A stretch of 60,773 bases of DNA from Tubiluchus corallicola (taxonomy: Eukaryota; Animalia; Priapulida). Shown here one piece after another: positions 26,207-39,500 of this stretch. Location of the stretch: the NCBI GenBank assembly GCA_030141605.1, contig JAQGDQ010000409.1:1-60773 (forward strand), read 5' to 3'. A program made the position numbers and the translations under genes. How positions within the stretch are numbered: the first letter of the stretch is position 1; the number at the start of each line of letters is the position of its first letter. The notes under the pieces are model-generated. The model had not been told where the DNA came from. It saw only the letters and a program-made list of their open reading frames with translations, and ran no database searches.

Positions 26207-29200
26207 TCCTACATAGTAACAAGCCTTGTAGTACACTTACATAGTTTGCATTGTTTAGGAATAATTTAATGTAAAACACATTAAAAACAAACATGAACAT
26301 GATGATATTCACTCAAATCGTGATTTTATTTATCCTAGACCTTACTAGACTATAATATGGTGTGCGTGATTGTGTGTGCGTGCGTGCGTGCATGCAGGCG
26401 GTCATGAGTGTGTATTAGAAGAGAGAAAAAATATGGTGTAGTTTTATCATAGTGCACTATGTGTTTGTAGTTTATCTTTTATTTTTGATTTTCTACTTGC
26501 ACTTATAGTTTAGCTTGCATCAGACACATTTGCCCAGAACAGTGTATGTTTTTATATGAACTAACAACGATTGTCTGTCTTTTATTATGATGGTCAATGT
26601 TTTTAAAAAGGCAAAATAAAGATTATACTACTACTACTACTATGTAAACATAATTAATTTAATAACATTTTATTCAATTGCTCACAATCATTGAAGCAGC
26701 AGCATGTGTACGAATATCTGAAGTCTAATAAACGTGTAAGTTCACATCACCACTTAAAAGGGGTTTACAAGTGTAATTTGACTAATTTTACTATTTGCAC
26801 AGTTCTGCGTTTACACCTGGCATTACCTGGGTTTTTCACATCACACCTGACTAGACGCTGGCGCTACGACATTCCCTCTAAGACGTTTCAACTGACAATA
26901 ATGTCACCTAGTCACCTCCGCACAAACGTATACATGTAACTAACATTGCTTTTGTGAAACTGAACGCTTCCCATTGCTCAGTAACTGCATGTGCGCCAGA
27001 AGCTTCTTAAGTAAGAAAGTTCATTAGTTTGTCACCATTTTTATAATAGCAGAATACATAACTAAGTGATTTATAAATCTGTACAACATACAATAATATT
27101 AGAGTGTGCAAAAGTAATTAGTGATTAATGGTGAAAGGGTGGCGCAAGAACTAAGTTATCGAGCTCAGCCACCCTCTCAGAATTGTTACTAACATAATTA
27201 GTTAATGCGCATGTACCAAGTAATTTAAAATTATCAGATTTTGCATTTAAGGCGATTTGTTGATTGAATTATTATACAAATGTTTTAGTTTCTAATAAAA
27301 TAATGTTCAGTCACGAGAAAGAAATATTAAGTTAAACTTTATGTATTTAAGATTATTATTGTGATTAGGACCAAGAACCAAAGAAAGAAACAAAAAAAAT
27401 TCGCTTGCAGTTAGCAAAAGTGGGTAAACATGTATTTTTCATGTGTTTTTAAATGAATCTGTTGATGTTGTTTTTCAATTATTTGCGGATAGATAGCCCG
27501 TTCAGCTGTGGGTGGAGTAGTAATTAATTAATGCGCATGTACAAAGTAATTTAAAATTATCAGATTTAGCATTTAAGGCGATTTGTTGATTGAATTATTA
27601 TACAAATGTGTTAGTTTCTAATAAAATAATGTTCAGTCACGAGAAAGAAATATTAAGTTAAACTTTACGTATTTAAGATTATTATTATGATTAGGACCAA
27701 GAACCAAAGAAAGAAACAAAAAAATTTCGCTTGCAGTTAGCAAAAGTGGGTAAACATGTATTTTTCATGTGTTTTTAAATGAATCTGTTGATGTTGTTTT
27801 TCAATTATTTGTTGACAATCTAGTGAAAATGATTGATTCTTGTGTGCCTAATCAAATTGTAACAATACGCCCACGCGATAAGCCTTGGATGAATAGTCGC
27901 GTTCGAAAGCTTAGAGTACAAAAAGAAAAGGCGCACAGAAATTATAAATTAAACAGGACGAATGCTTCGTGGCAGTCCTATACTACTATTAGAAATAAGT
28001 ACAACAATGCTGTTAAAAAAGCCAAACGTGACTATTCAGACAAACTGAACGAGAAGCTATTGAATCCTGAAACATGCCCTTAAGTCTGGTGGGAAATTAC
28101 TAAAAGTTTTTACAAAAATACGTGTGACTATTTTATTCCTCCCATTATAGATGAAGCTGGTGTTGTCATAAGTGATGCGATTTCCAAGTGCAATGCATTT
28201 AACAATTACTTTGCCCAGCAGTGCCGTTTGCACATTTCAAATGCTTCATTACCCAGATTCGTAACGAAGACTGATACATACATGTCTCACATTACTGTAC
28301 ACGAAGATTTAGTGAAAACACTATTAAATAAGGTCAATACAAGCAAATCTGTAGATCCTGATGGAATAAGCAGCAAAGTACTTGAGCTTTGTGCAGATTC
28401 ATTATCAAGCCCATTAACCCGATTGTTTAACTTCTCATTGCAGTCAGGTCATTTTCCTAGCTTGTGGAAAGTTGCAAATGTCTGCCCCATACACAAAGGC
28501 GGAGATAGACAGCTTGTTTCGAACTACAGACCCGTGCGCTACTTTCATGTATGTCCAAGATTCTAGAACGCGTTGTCTTTAATCAGATGTATAACTACTT
28601 TGCTATTGATAATAACTTTTTGACGGAAAAGAACTCGGGGTTCAAATCAAACGATAGCACCATCAACCAGCTAGTTTCAATCGTTCACAATTTGTATACA
28701 AGTTTAGACGACGGTGCTGAAATCTGTAGCGTTTTTCTGGACATCAGTAAAGCTTTTGAGAAGGTGTGGCATGTAGGCTTGATATTCAAATTAAAGCGGT
28801 ATGGAGTAACTGGCCAACTTCTGTCTTGGCTATCATCTTACCTTCGAAACCGAACACAAAAAGTAACGCTAAACGGTAATACATCTGATGCGAAGTCACT
28901 TTTATCTGGCGTCCCCCAAGGTTCTATCTTAGGTCCCCTTCTATTTTTAGTATATGTTAATGATATAACAGAAGACATTCAATCTGATATTCGCCTTTTT
29001 GCAGACGATACGGTCTTAATGCATTCGTTTAAGGATGACCCATATACATCAGCAAATCGTTTAAAGGCAGATCTCAGAATAATTGAAAACTAAGCCAAAC
29101 GTTGGTTGGTTAAATTTAATCCTAATAAGACCGAAGTCATGCTTTTCTCCTGTAAATCGTAAATATTCCTCAATATCCTACTCTGTATTTATCTAATACT

Positions 29201-32200
29201 CCACTGAAAACTGTAAATGTTCACAAACACTTAGGTATTCATCTTACATCTGACCTGAACTGGAACTACCACGTCTCAAAAATGGTAGACAAAGCAAATC
29301 TAAAGCTAAACAACTTTCGACGCGTGTCAGGTCTCCCTGCCATCGAATATGGTAACGTAGTATGGTCAGGATGCAGTGAAAACAGTATACGTTTGTTAGA
29401 AAATATTCAGCTAACTGCTGCTAGAATCTGTTCTGGCGCTATGTTTCGATCTTCCCCTGCAAGTATCTTGTCTGACAGCGGCTTCACTAAATTAGTGACA
29501 CGCTTCCATTATCATCGCCTATGTCTTTTTTTCAAAACAATCAATGACTTAGTGCCCCACTATTTAAGTGCAATTCTGCCGCCAAAGGTAAACGAAGTTA
29601 CCCCCTATTATATACGCAGTGGTACTAAATACAGAAATTTTAATAGCCGTTCTGTTAGCTGTGAAAAATCGTTTTTCATATCGACCATTAACATGTGGAA
29701 CAACTTACCACAGAACATTCGTGAAATTACATCCATTTCACAATTCAAACAAGAGCTCAAATCTCATTTAAGTTTTTCGTTGCGTAAGAAACATTTTTCA
29801 TTTGGTAAACCTCCAATTTCAGTGCATCATACGCGCATGAGAATCGGATTTTCTCAGCTAAACTATGACCTTTTCTCTAAAGGCTGTAAAGATAATAACG
29901 GTCATCCAATATTGCCGAATTGTAACTGTGGATTTCGATTTGAGTCTGTTGAACACGTTTTGTTGCACTGCCCATTGCATCAACTAGCTAGGGTAGTTAT
30001 GTTTGATAAATTAAATGCAATACTTCTGCCCGAAAACCTTAATATAGCTGTCTCAGGAAATAATGATCTGTTGAAGTTGTAATTATTCCTGTAAAGATGA
30101 ATTTAACTATGTTACTAACTGCAAAATATTCCAATGTATACATGACTTTATATTATGTACTAAACGCTTCCAGTAGTTTCTATCTGATATAAAATGCATC
30201 ATTCTTAAATAATCGTACATTAATATTTACTAACCGTCATTTTTTACTAATGTCTAATGTATCACTGTAGTAAAACTTTACTATACTAAAGTATACTAAA
30301 AACTAAGTATAGTCTATTCTTACTGTAAATGTTCTTGTAAATAGTGTATAAAGTCTATTGTGGTGAGGATCTTAAATCATGTTGTACAAACTGTCTGATT
30401 CAATCCTAAACAAATTATGTTTAAACTAGACATGTATGCCCAGTCATGAAGAAGATTGAAAGCAAACGTACCTTGAAATTCTTTAGGAGAAGCATTGCTG
30501 ATCACATAAATATTAAAGATATACAAAAGGTGTAGCATAACATAATGTTAAGAGTAAGGTTAATCTTAATAAATATGTGTAGCAAATGAGTACACACACT
30601 CACCTAGGGAACAGGCGTGTAAATAAGTTAGAGGGTATTATAAACCCTCTATATAACCCTGTTATATTGAGTCTCGTAGATTTACTCTACAAATCCATGC
30701 AACAATAATGATCAATTCAATTATTTCGGTAATTAACACCATATAAAATACAAATACAGTACTAAAATGAAATAAAATACAATGAAATAAAAATTACAAG
30801 AGTAAATACACATACAGGGTTAGTAAATTAAAAGCTAAATAAATCTTAAAGACTAATTGTGTAATAATTCGTTCCATTTCACAAAAAAGCAAGATTTGAC
30901 AAGTCTATGTGAGTTCATCATAGCAGTTATAATACTATTGCCTGTGTACAGTAGTAACCTATTTTGAACGCTATGACATGATCTGCTGCGAATATGACCA
31001 AAATGTGGTAGAGATAGGTTTACATACATGCCAGAAGCTCTGCAATCGTACTTTAAGCGAAACAGTTTTCTGATACCACTGAAAGAAAATCAAAGATAAA
31101 AAATCTAGTCAATAAAAAACGGCCCACTAGAGACCGCCACTCGCACGTCACTGACGTCACTCATAGCCACCTGATCCGAATTTTTGAAATTCACAACTAA
31201 ATTTACTGTAGCCGAGGTATTATGAATTTTGCTGTTGTGACATTTATCCAGTGATCTCACTGTAATGCACAAGAATACATGAAACGCAAAGGTCATCATG
31301 ACAGTCAAAGGTCACTAAAATGTCATTGTAAACAACATGCACAAAAACTGTTCAACAAACCGGCCTTTCTGATTTCAAGCAATGGTTTCAAAACTACGAT
31401 GCGTAGCAGACGTTACAAAACGCTTCAAGGAAGACAGGATGAGTTTTTATACAGTACCCCATTTTCATGTCCGAAAAAAGTATACACTTCAACACAATTA
31501 ATACTGTAAAAGCGTTTCTGATAATTGAATAATCGATCAAAATCTTAATTAACAGCGGGCGAGCCCAACTACTGATGACATCACAAACTAACATAATTTT
31601 CAACACTAAATATATTTCACGAACGTATTTGCGAAAGCGAAAATTGAAGTACACTGTAAGATATTCAGTGTGTTGTACTAAATTTACTAGGCAAATTTTA
31701 GGATAAAAATTCAGATTTCAAATTTACCGCTGTGCTCAGGCAAGCGCTGTCGAACGTGTGCAGTTGATCACAAACTAACACATCTTAATTGAGAGTGAAG
31801 AACTAGTGGCGCAAACGCGAAATTGTGTTTGTGTGGTAATAATTCTTTCACGTGAGTCATTTTTTGAAAAAATAGTATGTTTCCTTTTAATATTTTAAAA
31901 AATAGGGTGTTTTGAGCTACAGTTTAAGATTGGGACCGGGTTTCCTGGTCATGAGGTTAACTTTAAAATTCACCATCCTTGCTTCATTTTAATAAGAATC
32001 AATGTTTAGCAAATTATTAGGGGTGTATCTCAACCCTGTAGATAATAAAGTAGCAAACAGCACGATGCGAGATCCTATTAACAGGCCTATCTAAATTCCA
32101 GCGAACTGTTTAATGTGATGCAAATAGCTGCAAATTTTGCCCGATTTTCATTGATTAACTGCCCCGCGAGACGGCGTGACAGACGACTGCCAATTAATCA

Positions 32201-35200
32201 GATATTCAGCGCGTTTATGATGAACAACTCTGCTCTACTTTGAACCGTGGGCTTTGAAATTGTGAAAGCTTTGCCGTGTGATATAAAAGAGCGCACGCCC
32301 GCAGGCAATAGTTCAATTTCCGAGAAATGAGAAGACTTGTAAGAGGATCGTTCAATCCTGTTGTGCTTAGCACACGTGGCATTGCAGACGTAAATTACCC
32401 AGCAATCCGAGCACACAATAATTTACTTTCTCCTCCCTCTTTCGCTCCCTCTCCTCTCTCTATCTATCTCTATCTCTCTCCTTTCCCTCTTTCTCTTTCC
32501 TCTCCCTCTTTCTCTCTCTTCTCTTTCTGTCTCTCCCTCCCTCTCCCGCTCCCTCCCCATCCCCAGACCCAGATATCTGCCACACACAAAGTATTATACA
32601 GAGTTAGAATTACCGAATAATGCTGTACCAGTCGTACAAAAGTACTCTATAATTCGTTCGAATTGTTTAATTATTAATAAACACGTCTGGTACTTAATAA
32701 CTTCGGCAATGAACTCAGGTCGATGCACACCATCTGACTACACAACAGTACCCTATAAGGAGATATTGACACAAGTACTTAAATTTCGAAATTCCTCTTC
32801 TGTTGTTACACTTACGGTTGCAAAAATGCCGTACGTAAAATTCTGGCTTCACGTATTTGACACATTACGCACTTTTCATCTAAGTCAAAACAGTTATTCT
32901 ACAAGCACCGACGGTGAAACTAAGCACAACCACATGCCACCATGCTTGCAAATGTAGTATTCGAAATGTGTCACATTTGGAGTAGGTACTTTGTGGAAAA
33001 TGTAAATTAATGTTCTTTAGCTTTTCTGAATTTAACCCCTCAACTAGAGCCTCTAATATTCGTGGGAACATTGAGAAATTTCTCTGCCATCTCAGGCTTT
33101 ATCTAAACAATATACAGTATGCATTACTACTCAATCAAGCAGCTAACACACATATATAGGCTTTATTAGCGCGCAGTCCCCGCACAATTTTCACAGTTTT
33201 AAATGTCACGCTATACAGCTAAACCAAACCAGTCAATAAAGAGACCAAACGTCTTGAGTAGAGCTGGAAAAAAACCTGGCCATTTACACGCGAGAAAAAA
33301 ATAATCGCAAAGTGCCCTAATGCGATTTTCACCATTCAGCCAGTAACGGCATTTTCAACTGTTTTTGCGCCCGTCTAAGCGAATGAATCTTTCTAAATAA
33401 GAAAATTTTCACGGAAATTTGTACGTGCTTGCCAACAAAGGTTTATTGGAAATACCGGTAACTGCCAATCGTTTTACTGGGTTTTTTGTTCAAGTGAAGT
33501 GCTGGAAAATTCTGTTAATGGCCGCGCACCCGAAATCAAATACGGCAGTTTAGAACAAGAATATTTGAAGTGTTATTTATACAGGGCGTTTCAGAAGTTC
33601 CTCACTAATTTAATTTTCAATTTTCTTTTTCGCTAGTCGACCAACGACGCCCGTCTTGTGGTAAACTCTTACTCAATGCTCAAGAAATTTCTTGCGTCTA
33701 CATTCAGTGTTTAGCATCACTTTCTCCTGCTGTCACGACCATTCTTAGAGCAGAAGTCATTTTTGTTGGACACACAGTGATTCTACATGTTTTTACACTT
33801 CTGTTCAGAAGTCGGCATGGGAGCTGACAAAATGGTCACTTCAGGGCCAGCGCTATCACTAGGCAGCACCGTTAGGTGCAACAGCTTCACATCATATAAA
33901 CTGTTTATAAATTGTGGTGTTTCACAGAGATCGAAAATTGGACCGCTTTTATACTTAATTTACATTAATGACATACAGAATACTGTTTAAAATTGTGGTG
34001 TTCCACAAGGATCGATGTTAGGGCCGCTTTCACTCTTAATTTAATTTAATGATATACAAAATCTTGTAGCTGCCCCAACATGCCCAATTTGCTGACGATA
34101 CCACACTTTAATAACTTCAGTATGAACAGCATAAATATGACAGTTTAACTGATATCTCAAACTGGTTTAAAGCCAACAAATCATTAAATCCTAGTAAAAC
34201 CAAATACATATTATTCAGTTTTAGGAAGAAAAGAATTCCTCCAAATTTCAATCTTTACATCGATACGAGGAGGCACTTCTACTAAATTCTTAGGCATAAT
34301 TTTACATGAACACCTTGACTGGAATCTCCACTGGAATAATCAATCTTAAAAGTGCTAAAAGTATTGGAATCATGTCTCACATAAACTGTTTATCTTCACT
34401 TTGCCTACTACCATGCTTTAGTCTATCCATATTTAAAGTAAAACCGGACCCAATCGTAAACTGTAGGTTTACTCTTTAAAATATTGAAAGGGAACATACG
34501 TTCGCGTCACTAGTTCTTCGCTGTTTGCTAGTTACATGGGCACTAGCGACTGCATTTTGGAAACGCATTACACAAAAAACAGCTGCTGTGCCTCTCAGTT
34601 CCGATGTGCTAGTTTGTGACGAACTGCTCACGTTCTAAAGCTCATGCATGAGCACAGCGGTAAATTTGAATCTTTATCTTAAAACTTGCCTAGTGTTAAT
34701 GCAACACACTGAACGTGTTACAGTAGCACTGTACTTGCTATTTACGCTTTCGCAAACACGGGCAACATGCTGGTGGAGTATTTTTGCTGTTGAAAATTAT
34801 GTTAGTTTGTGATGTCATCAATACTTGGGCTCGCCTGCCGTTAATTAAGATTTTAAACTATTATTTAATTATCGGAAACACTTTTACAGCATTGATCGTG
34901 TTAAAATGTATACTTTTTATCAGACTTGAAAATGGGGTAGTATAAGAAAGATCATCCTGTCTTCCTCCACTTGCGTTATATATAAACTGTACTAAATACA
35001 TCCCGTTGCATTTTGGACTCCCTTCTCTGACTGAAATTCCTCCCCTGGCAAAAATTCCTCCTCTTAAATTTTAAATTGCTCCTCGGGTGGCCAAGTGCCT
35101 CCATTTGAGAAACAGTTTACTTCTTAATACACCACAAACTTACTACTGTAAGTGAAACATATGAAGTCTCTATGGATCAACATTTTGTTTTGGCAGAGGA

Positions 35201-36538
35201 AGCTTGATAATGATACAGTATACGAGGTAGATATTTCACTCAATGTTGGAAAGGAATGAACTCAAAAGTCGCCACCTAAAATTAGCGAGACAACAAACTT
35301 CCCTATGTTCATCAGACAACATTCCATCAACTGTGTTTATACAGTATCACTAACAGTAACATTTGGCAGCAAGGTTAAAACATTGTCAAACACAGCTAGA
35401 TTACAAGGCCAGCTTGGTTTCCTAAACATGTTTAAGAAGCTTTCTAAATGCGTTACGTCACGTTTTCTAAGTTCGGTAAATAAAATCTGTCTCGTAATTG
35501 GATCGATACGGCAGCTTCTGCAGCCTGAGCACCATAATTGCGATTTGTTTCTTTGACAAGTGATTACAGTAAAGCAGCATCGAACTGAATAAGGAGTGTT
35601 TAGAATTTCTAACATCTAATTCAATGCGTTAATGATTTACGACATGCTTTTGAATAATTTACGCGGATTAGTTTACAATTAGAGCAGTCAGTGCTTCTGT
35701 TATTTCCTTGAAACTAAGGAGCTATAGATTTTGTCGTAATTGATTGATAAGGTTTCAGAGAACGCTGAAACGCTGGAATTAGCTGCCTGACTGCATGCTG
35801 AGCAGGATAACTGATAGATAGAATAACTGAAACTTATCCAAGAGCAATGTCTTTTACAAAGAATTACAAACAGAAATTACAAACAAAAAAGGACAATAAA
35901 AAAGACAAATGTAATAAAATTATACAAAGAAGATAAGTCAAAAGTGAAAAAATTGGTAAAAACTAAATAGATAAAAATACTAACTACGTAAAAACGGTAA
36001 ATGGTAAACAGGTAAAAATAATAACTACGTAAACATGCTAAAAAGTAAACAAGTCCTTGGGAAGCATTTACGTTACGATATGTGAAATTCTTTGGCTAGG
36101 ACTACACTACCTGGTACTTCGCAGAGACATAGTTCTTGTACAATACTTAGTAGGCATGGCTATCATAGCGGCGTCCAGCTTTTTACTTCTGGCACAAGTA
36201 GAGTACATTTTTAAAAAATTTGGACGAAGTGGCAGAACTGTAATGCAAAGACTGGAGAAGATGGGACTAGAATTCATGAGTTTGCATCACTAAAGGCTTG
36301 TAACATAACCAATGGAAAGCTCACCAAAATACAAGGTCATGCTAGCTGGGGAAAAGGTAAAGGTCATTCGAAGGTCAAGGTCACATGGCGAGGAAAACAA
36401 CAAAACTCACAATAACGCGCAACTGCGATTTATATGAACTAATTAATGTTTCATGCGAGAAAAGTCTTGAAAAACTGTTAATTTGTGCTCACACACACAT
36501 ACGTATATAAATATATATACATGTGTGCGTGAGCTAAA

Positions 36539-36578
<40 letters not shown>

Positions 36579-39500
36579 GAAGTAAGGGAGGGGCGCATGT
36601 AAAAAGTCTGTCATTTTTAATACTTTGTAAATAGTGTAATCTAAATAGTTCCAGTGAATAAATTCTATTATCATGGACCTTAATTATTATAAATAATTTC
36701 TAAAACGTTTTATAAGCAAGTTTCTGGAATATGCATTAAGGATATAATTATAATTCACCGTATTGTATATATACTCTTATATCATGGTACAGTGCAGAAA
36801 TATTGGCCTGCAAATAGAAGCCTTGCGTGTATATATTGTGCAAATAAAGATTTGTCATCATCATCATCATCATCATCATCAACAACATTTGCTGTGCTAG
36901 GATGTTGTGACCTATATTTCGTTAAGCGACCATTCATCAATGAATGATGGAAATTTACCATTGCCCTTTCACCAATGTCATCTATCAAGCAACAACAACA
37001 CTAAAAATAAAAGAACATGACAGTCATCAGTCGTTATTTATATACAAATTTTATCGTGGTTTACTTCCTCCTGCATTTCAATGATATTTCCAACCAATAG
37101 GCGAAATTCGTAATTATAATGATATGCAGGTAATAACTAGTGCATGCTGCCCCACAGAACTAATGTGTTTAGGAAAACAACAACCTTTAACGCTATAATG
37201 CTGTGGAATGAAACACCTTTCAATATTAAAGAATTAAATCAATATTAGTTTAAAAAAGTTATAAAATAGAATCTATTATCAAAATATTCGTGATCTAGTA
37301 AAAACGTTTATCAAGTATAACTGTTATTTCTACAGTATATTTGTTCAAAGATTGTTATTTGATGCTTATTATTTTTTAAAACAATTGTTGATGCATAAGA
37401 TACCAGTCCAAACCCAGTATGTAATGAATTATTCAAACTTCATAAATCACTGTGTAATAATTGTTCTGGGGGACGACTAGATAGCTTGCTCCTTCATCTC
37501 CCTCACAATGTAATCTAATTTATATTTAAAGTGAGAACATTTTTGTATGTATTTTATTGTTATGCATTGCGAAATAAACATTCTTATCTTACCTTACCTT
37601 ACCTTACCTCATCTTATCTAATATTATCCTTGAAACATTTACCAAATCATTAATTGTATATTAATAATCAACACAAATAACTTGGCAAACGTTTTGAATG
37701 TGAGACGAAACACTAAAGCATCACATTCAATTGTCCATGGCCTCATTATTTTGTGCTCAGTTAGTTTCGTTTCTTTTTTCCAAGTCGATTGGTCTGAATA
37801 GTGACTACACCCGTTGCTCAACAGAGTCAGTAGCTTTATCAGCCCTAGGCGCAAGCGGCAAATCTAAAGTGAACGTTGAACAAGCTTCAATCTAAAGTGA
37901 ACACTCAACAAGCTTCATCGAGTTTTCATCGACTCAGCGTCGGTTTTTCCTACAATCACTAAAAGTCAGGTACAGAGCAGCTCTCCATTACAGAACTCAC
38001 ACAGATTACTTTAAAAATCGATGCCCAAATTTGTGTTAGGAAGGCCTGTGCAAATATCAGCTAAATAAACGCGGACGATAAAATTACATTCAGTATTCCC
38101 TCGCTTAGCTAAACCAATCTGCATGTTATAGGATTATTGATTTTTCTGGACGGACCCTTGTAATATTGTTTGGTTAAAGGATTAGAAAAGGGGTACCTAA
38201 AGTAGGTTTCAGAAAAAACCGACTTAAGAAATTTTATTACTTTATAACAATTAGCATATATCATACTCGCGTTTAAAGGATTTTTTGTTTGTTTTCATTT
38301 TAAATCCCCCGCAATACTGTTCGAACGCGCCATTACATGACGTCAATTATGCAAACGTAAATCAAACGTCCCAACTACGTCCCAAAAAACTTTCCATGCA
38401 AAATTATATTACTTAGCATTGCGTTTACCTGCTTGAAAGACTTACGTCACTAGAAAAGAAAATTATCAGTTATTTAAAATGCTTTCACCGATTGGTAAAA
38501 TGTCGATGACTCACCTCCAGGGTGCACCACTCACTAACCAAAAACGTATTTTTAATCTTATTGACAAGATACAGTAATTTTAAATTTTACTTAGCTAGTG
38601 AAGTGTGCGCTACGAATGATCTGATTATTTTTTAAAACTTTACTCAGTGTTGTCTAAACTTGTTTCAAATGACTTGTTCCAAATCGTCAAAATGGCTGCC
38701 TATGTAAGTGGTATAAAATTTCAAGACGAATTTTTTAAGCTTTACGTAAGTTGAGGATTTCCTGTGCTTTAAGTTTGTTTGTTAAAGTTAGATCTGACTG
38801 GAACGAGGCCAAAATGCAACTTTGGTGACCTGATACTGTGGAGATGAAGTCGAACATGTGTCTAAGTTGTTTTGTGGTCAGTGCAAGATTTCATGTTTTG
38901 CTGGTTGAAAAACATGTCTATGGCCTATTGAGATAGCAAGCAATTCAAGCAAATTGAGGTAAGTGCTCGGCTCTGTGGTTCAAATTTAGCAAAATAAGGA
39001 ATGAAAATGTATGAGTTGGGAACAGATTTTCACAGAGAAAAAAGTAAAAATGTTTAACAAACTTAAACGAAACAATCATGCAAAACTTAACAGGTCTGTT
39101 GAGAAAAATTAATTATTATTTATTAATCAAAAAAGATTATTTAATTATCTATTATAACATTAGTTCAAAAACTTGTGTAAACTGGTATAAAATTTCAAGA
39201 CGAATTTTTATGCTTTATGTAAGTGGAGGGTTTTCTTGTGCTTTAAAGGAAAATGCAAGCCTTCTGGGTTGCATTTCCTTAAACAAGTTAAGATTGTTTC
39301 ATTGTTCAGGAAAAATGTTACAATGATTTAGTAATAAAAGACGTTTATATGATAAGCGCCTTGTGTAATTAGCAAAATCACTTTAAAGTTGAGATCATTT
39401 CAGGCTTAAGCGCTCACACTTTGAACGCCCATTCTTCCACCAATGACGTCATTCATCGGCTGAAGAAAAGCAGCACACTGTCAATATGTCAGTCTAATAT

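Noticed and set aside
36312-36356. [15 protein letters not shown] followed by gt, resembling a small GTPase start
   Set aside because: No downstream exon with GxGK or other G-box motifs was found.
38692-38958. ATG GCT GCC TAT-gtaagt and a later GAG-gtaagt as a nested plus-strand gene
   Set aside because: The intervening candidate exon has stops in all three frames; it lies in a TE-like region.
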